DNA of 64,000 nucleotides from Yuukianura sp. NJ FZ-2021 (Eukaryota), in contig JAJCTO010000018.1 in the NCBI GenBank assembly GCA_046563655.1, positions 1 to 64,000 of the forward strand, given 5' to 3'. Positions 63,375 to 64,000 of this stretch are shown in pieces. The translations under genes and the position numbers were made by a program. The notes beneath the pieces were generated by a model. The model ran no database searches. It was not told the origin of the DNA and saw nothing but the letters and a program-made list of their open reading frames with translations. The first letter of the stretch is position 1; every line of letters starts with the position of its first letter.

Positions 63375-63839
63375 GTATTCATTTTTTTTTGCTAAAGCAG
63401 TATCACTTTGCAGTTTTTTTTTATAATTTCATAAAAATTGTTACTCTGTATCAAATTTTTTATCATTGGTATACTAAGTGCAAATTTCCGACTACGGTTT
63501 TTGTTTATTATAAACGTTGTTTTCTCAAATGTAGCGTGAGCATGTTAACTACCATGGTTAATTGTCTTGATGTATTAGTACTATTGATCATCAATGAATT
63601 TTCCAAGTTTTGTTATTTACCCTAAACTAAAATATACAGCAAAAGAAATTATCATCAACATTGACGTTGTTCTTGTACCATTATTTGGGTTTCAAATTGC
63701 GCAACGGTGATCCTCTGCAATCCAGGCACAACTTTTATAGAGACCACTCCTTTAATTTTTGCATAATTTGTCTGTGACATTTTTTTCTTTATTTTTTGTC
63801 TGAATTGAAGAATTGTAGAAAAAAAAATGGGAATTGGTT

Positions 63840-63905
63840 TATAAATAAGGTCTGCGTATAATTTTATTGTCATTCATCACACAGCTCCAGTACGGAACGG
63901 ACGTT
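63840..63905 (+). promoter_or_regulatory. TATA-Inr-DPE core promoter predicting another + strand gene beyond the window edge
   Basis: TATAAATA at 63840, tcAttc with A at 63872, GGACGTT at 63899 (+28). Confidence 0.65.
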
Positions 63906-64000
63906 TCCTGATTATACTCCTCAAGAGGAATTCTGTTTACTTTACGGATTGTTTCTTGGTTTCTTTGTTTGCCATTTTTTGCTTTTATGGCTCATCCAAA

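Overview
Intron-rich eukaryotic DNA, probably arthropod or hexapod (interstitial (TTAGG)n, short GT-AG introns, Drosophila-type core promoters). Zone 1 (1-5.7 kb) is a mosaic of broken housekeeping genes: HYOU1, an RRM protein, GOSR2, RpL30 and CTDNEP1/Dullard, fused to each other and carrying stops, deletions or truncations. Zone 2 (6-17 kb) is repeats: a 172-bp repeat, a tRNA-like element, a 40-bp repeat, (TTAGG)10 and an 8.4-kb array of a 30-bp minisatellite. Zone 3 (18-64 kb) holds about 16 genes, all on the + strand and mostly unrecognisable: two Myb/SANT-like paralogs with a possible OB fold, a ~745-aa protein with motifs reminiscent of Rep_trans rolling-circle initiators, an F-box gene, a compact divergent strawberry-notch SF2 helicase, a Tudor/SH3-like gene and a three-member paralog family. 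These are interleaved with a second 7.2-kb array of the same minisatellite, two 136-bp satellite blocks, a hAT MITE and a Transib MITE. Many zone 3 genes share an Inr-DPE core promoter with exact +28 spacing, often with a TATA box. Taken together, this may be a large intron-containing selfish element or endogenous replicon rather than ordinary chromosome, which is an inference that needs testing. Exon boundaries were read by eye.
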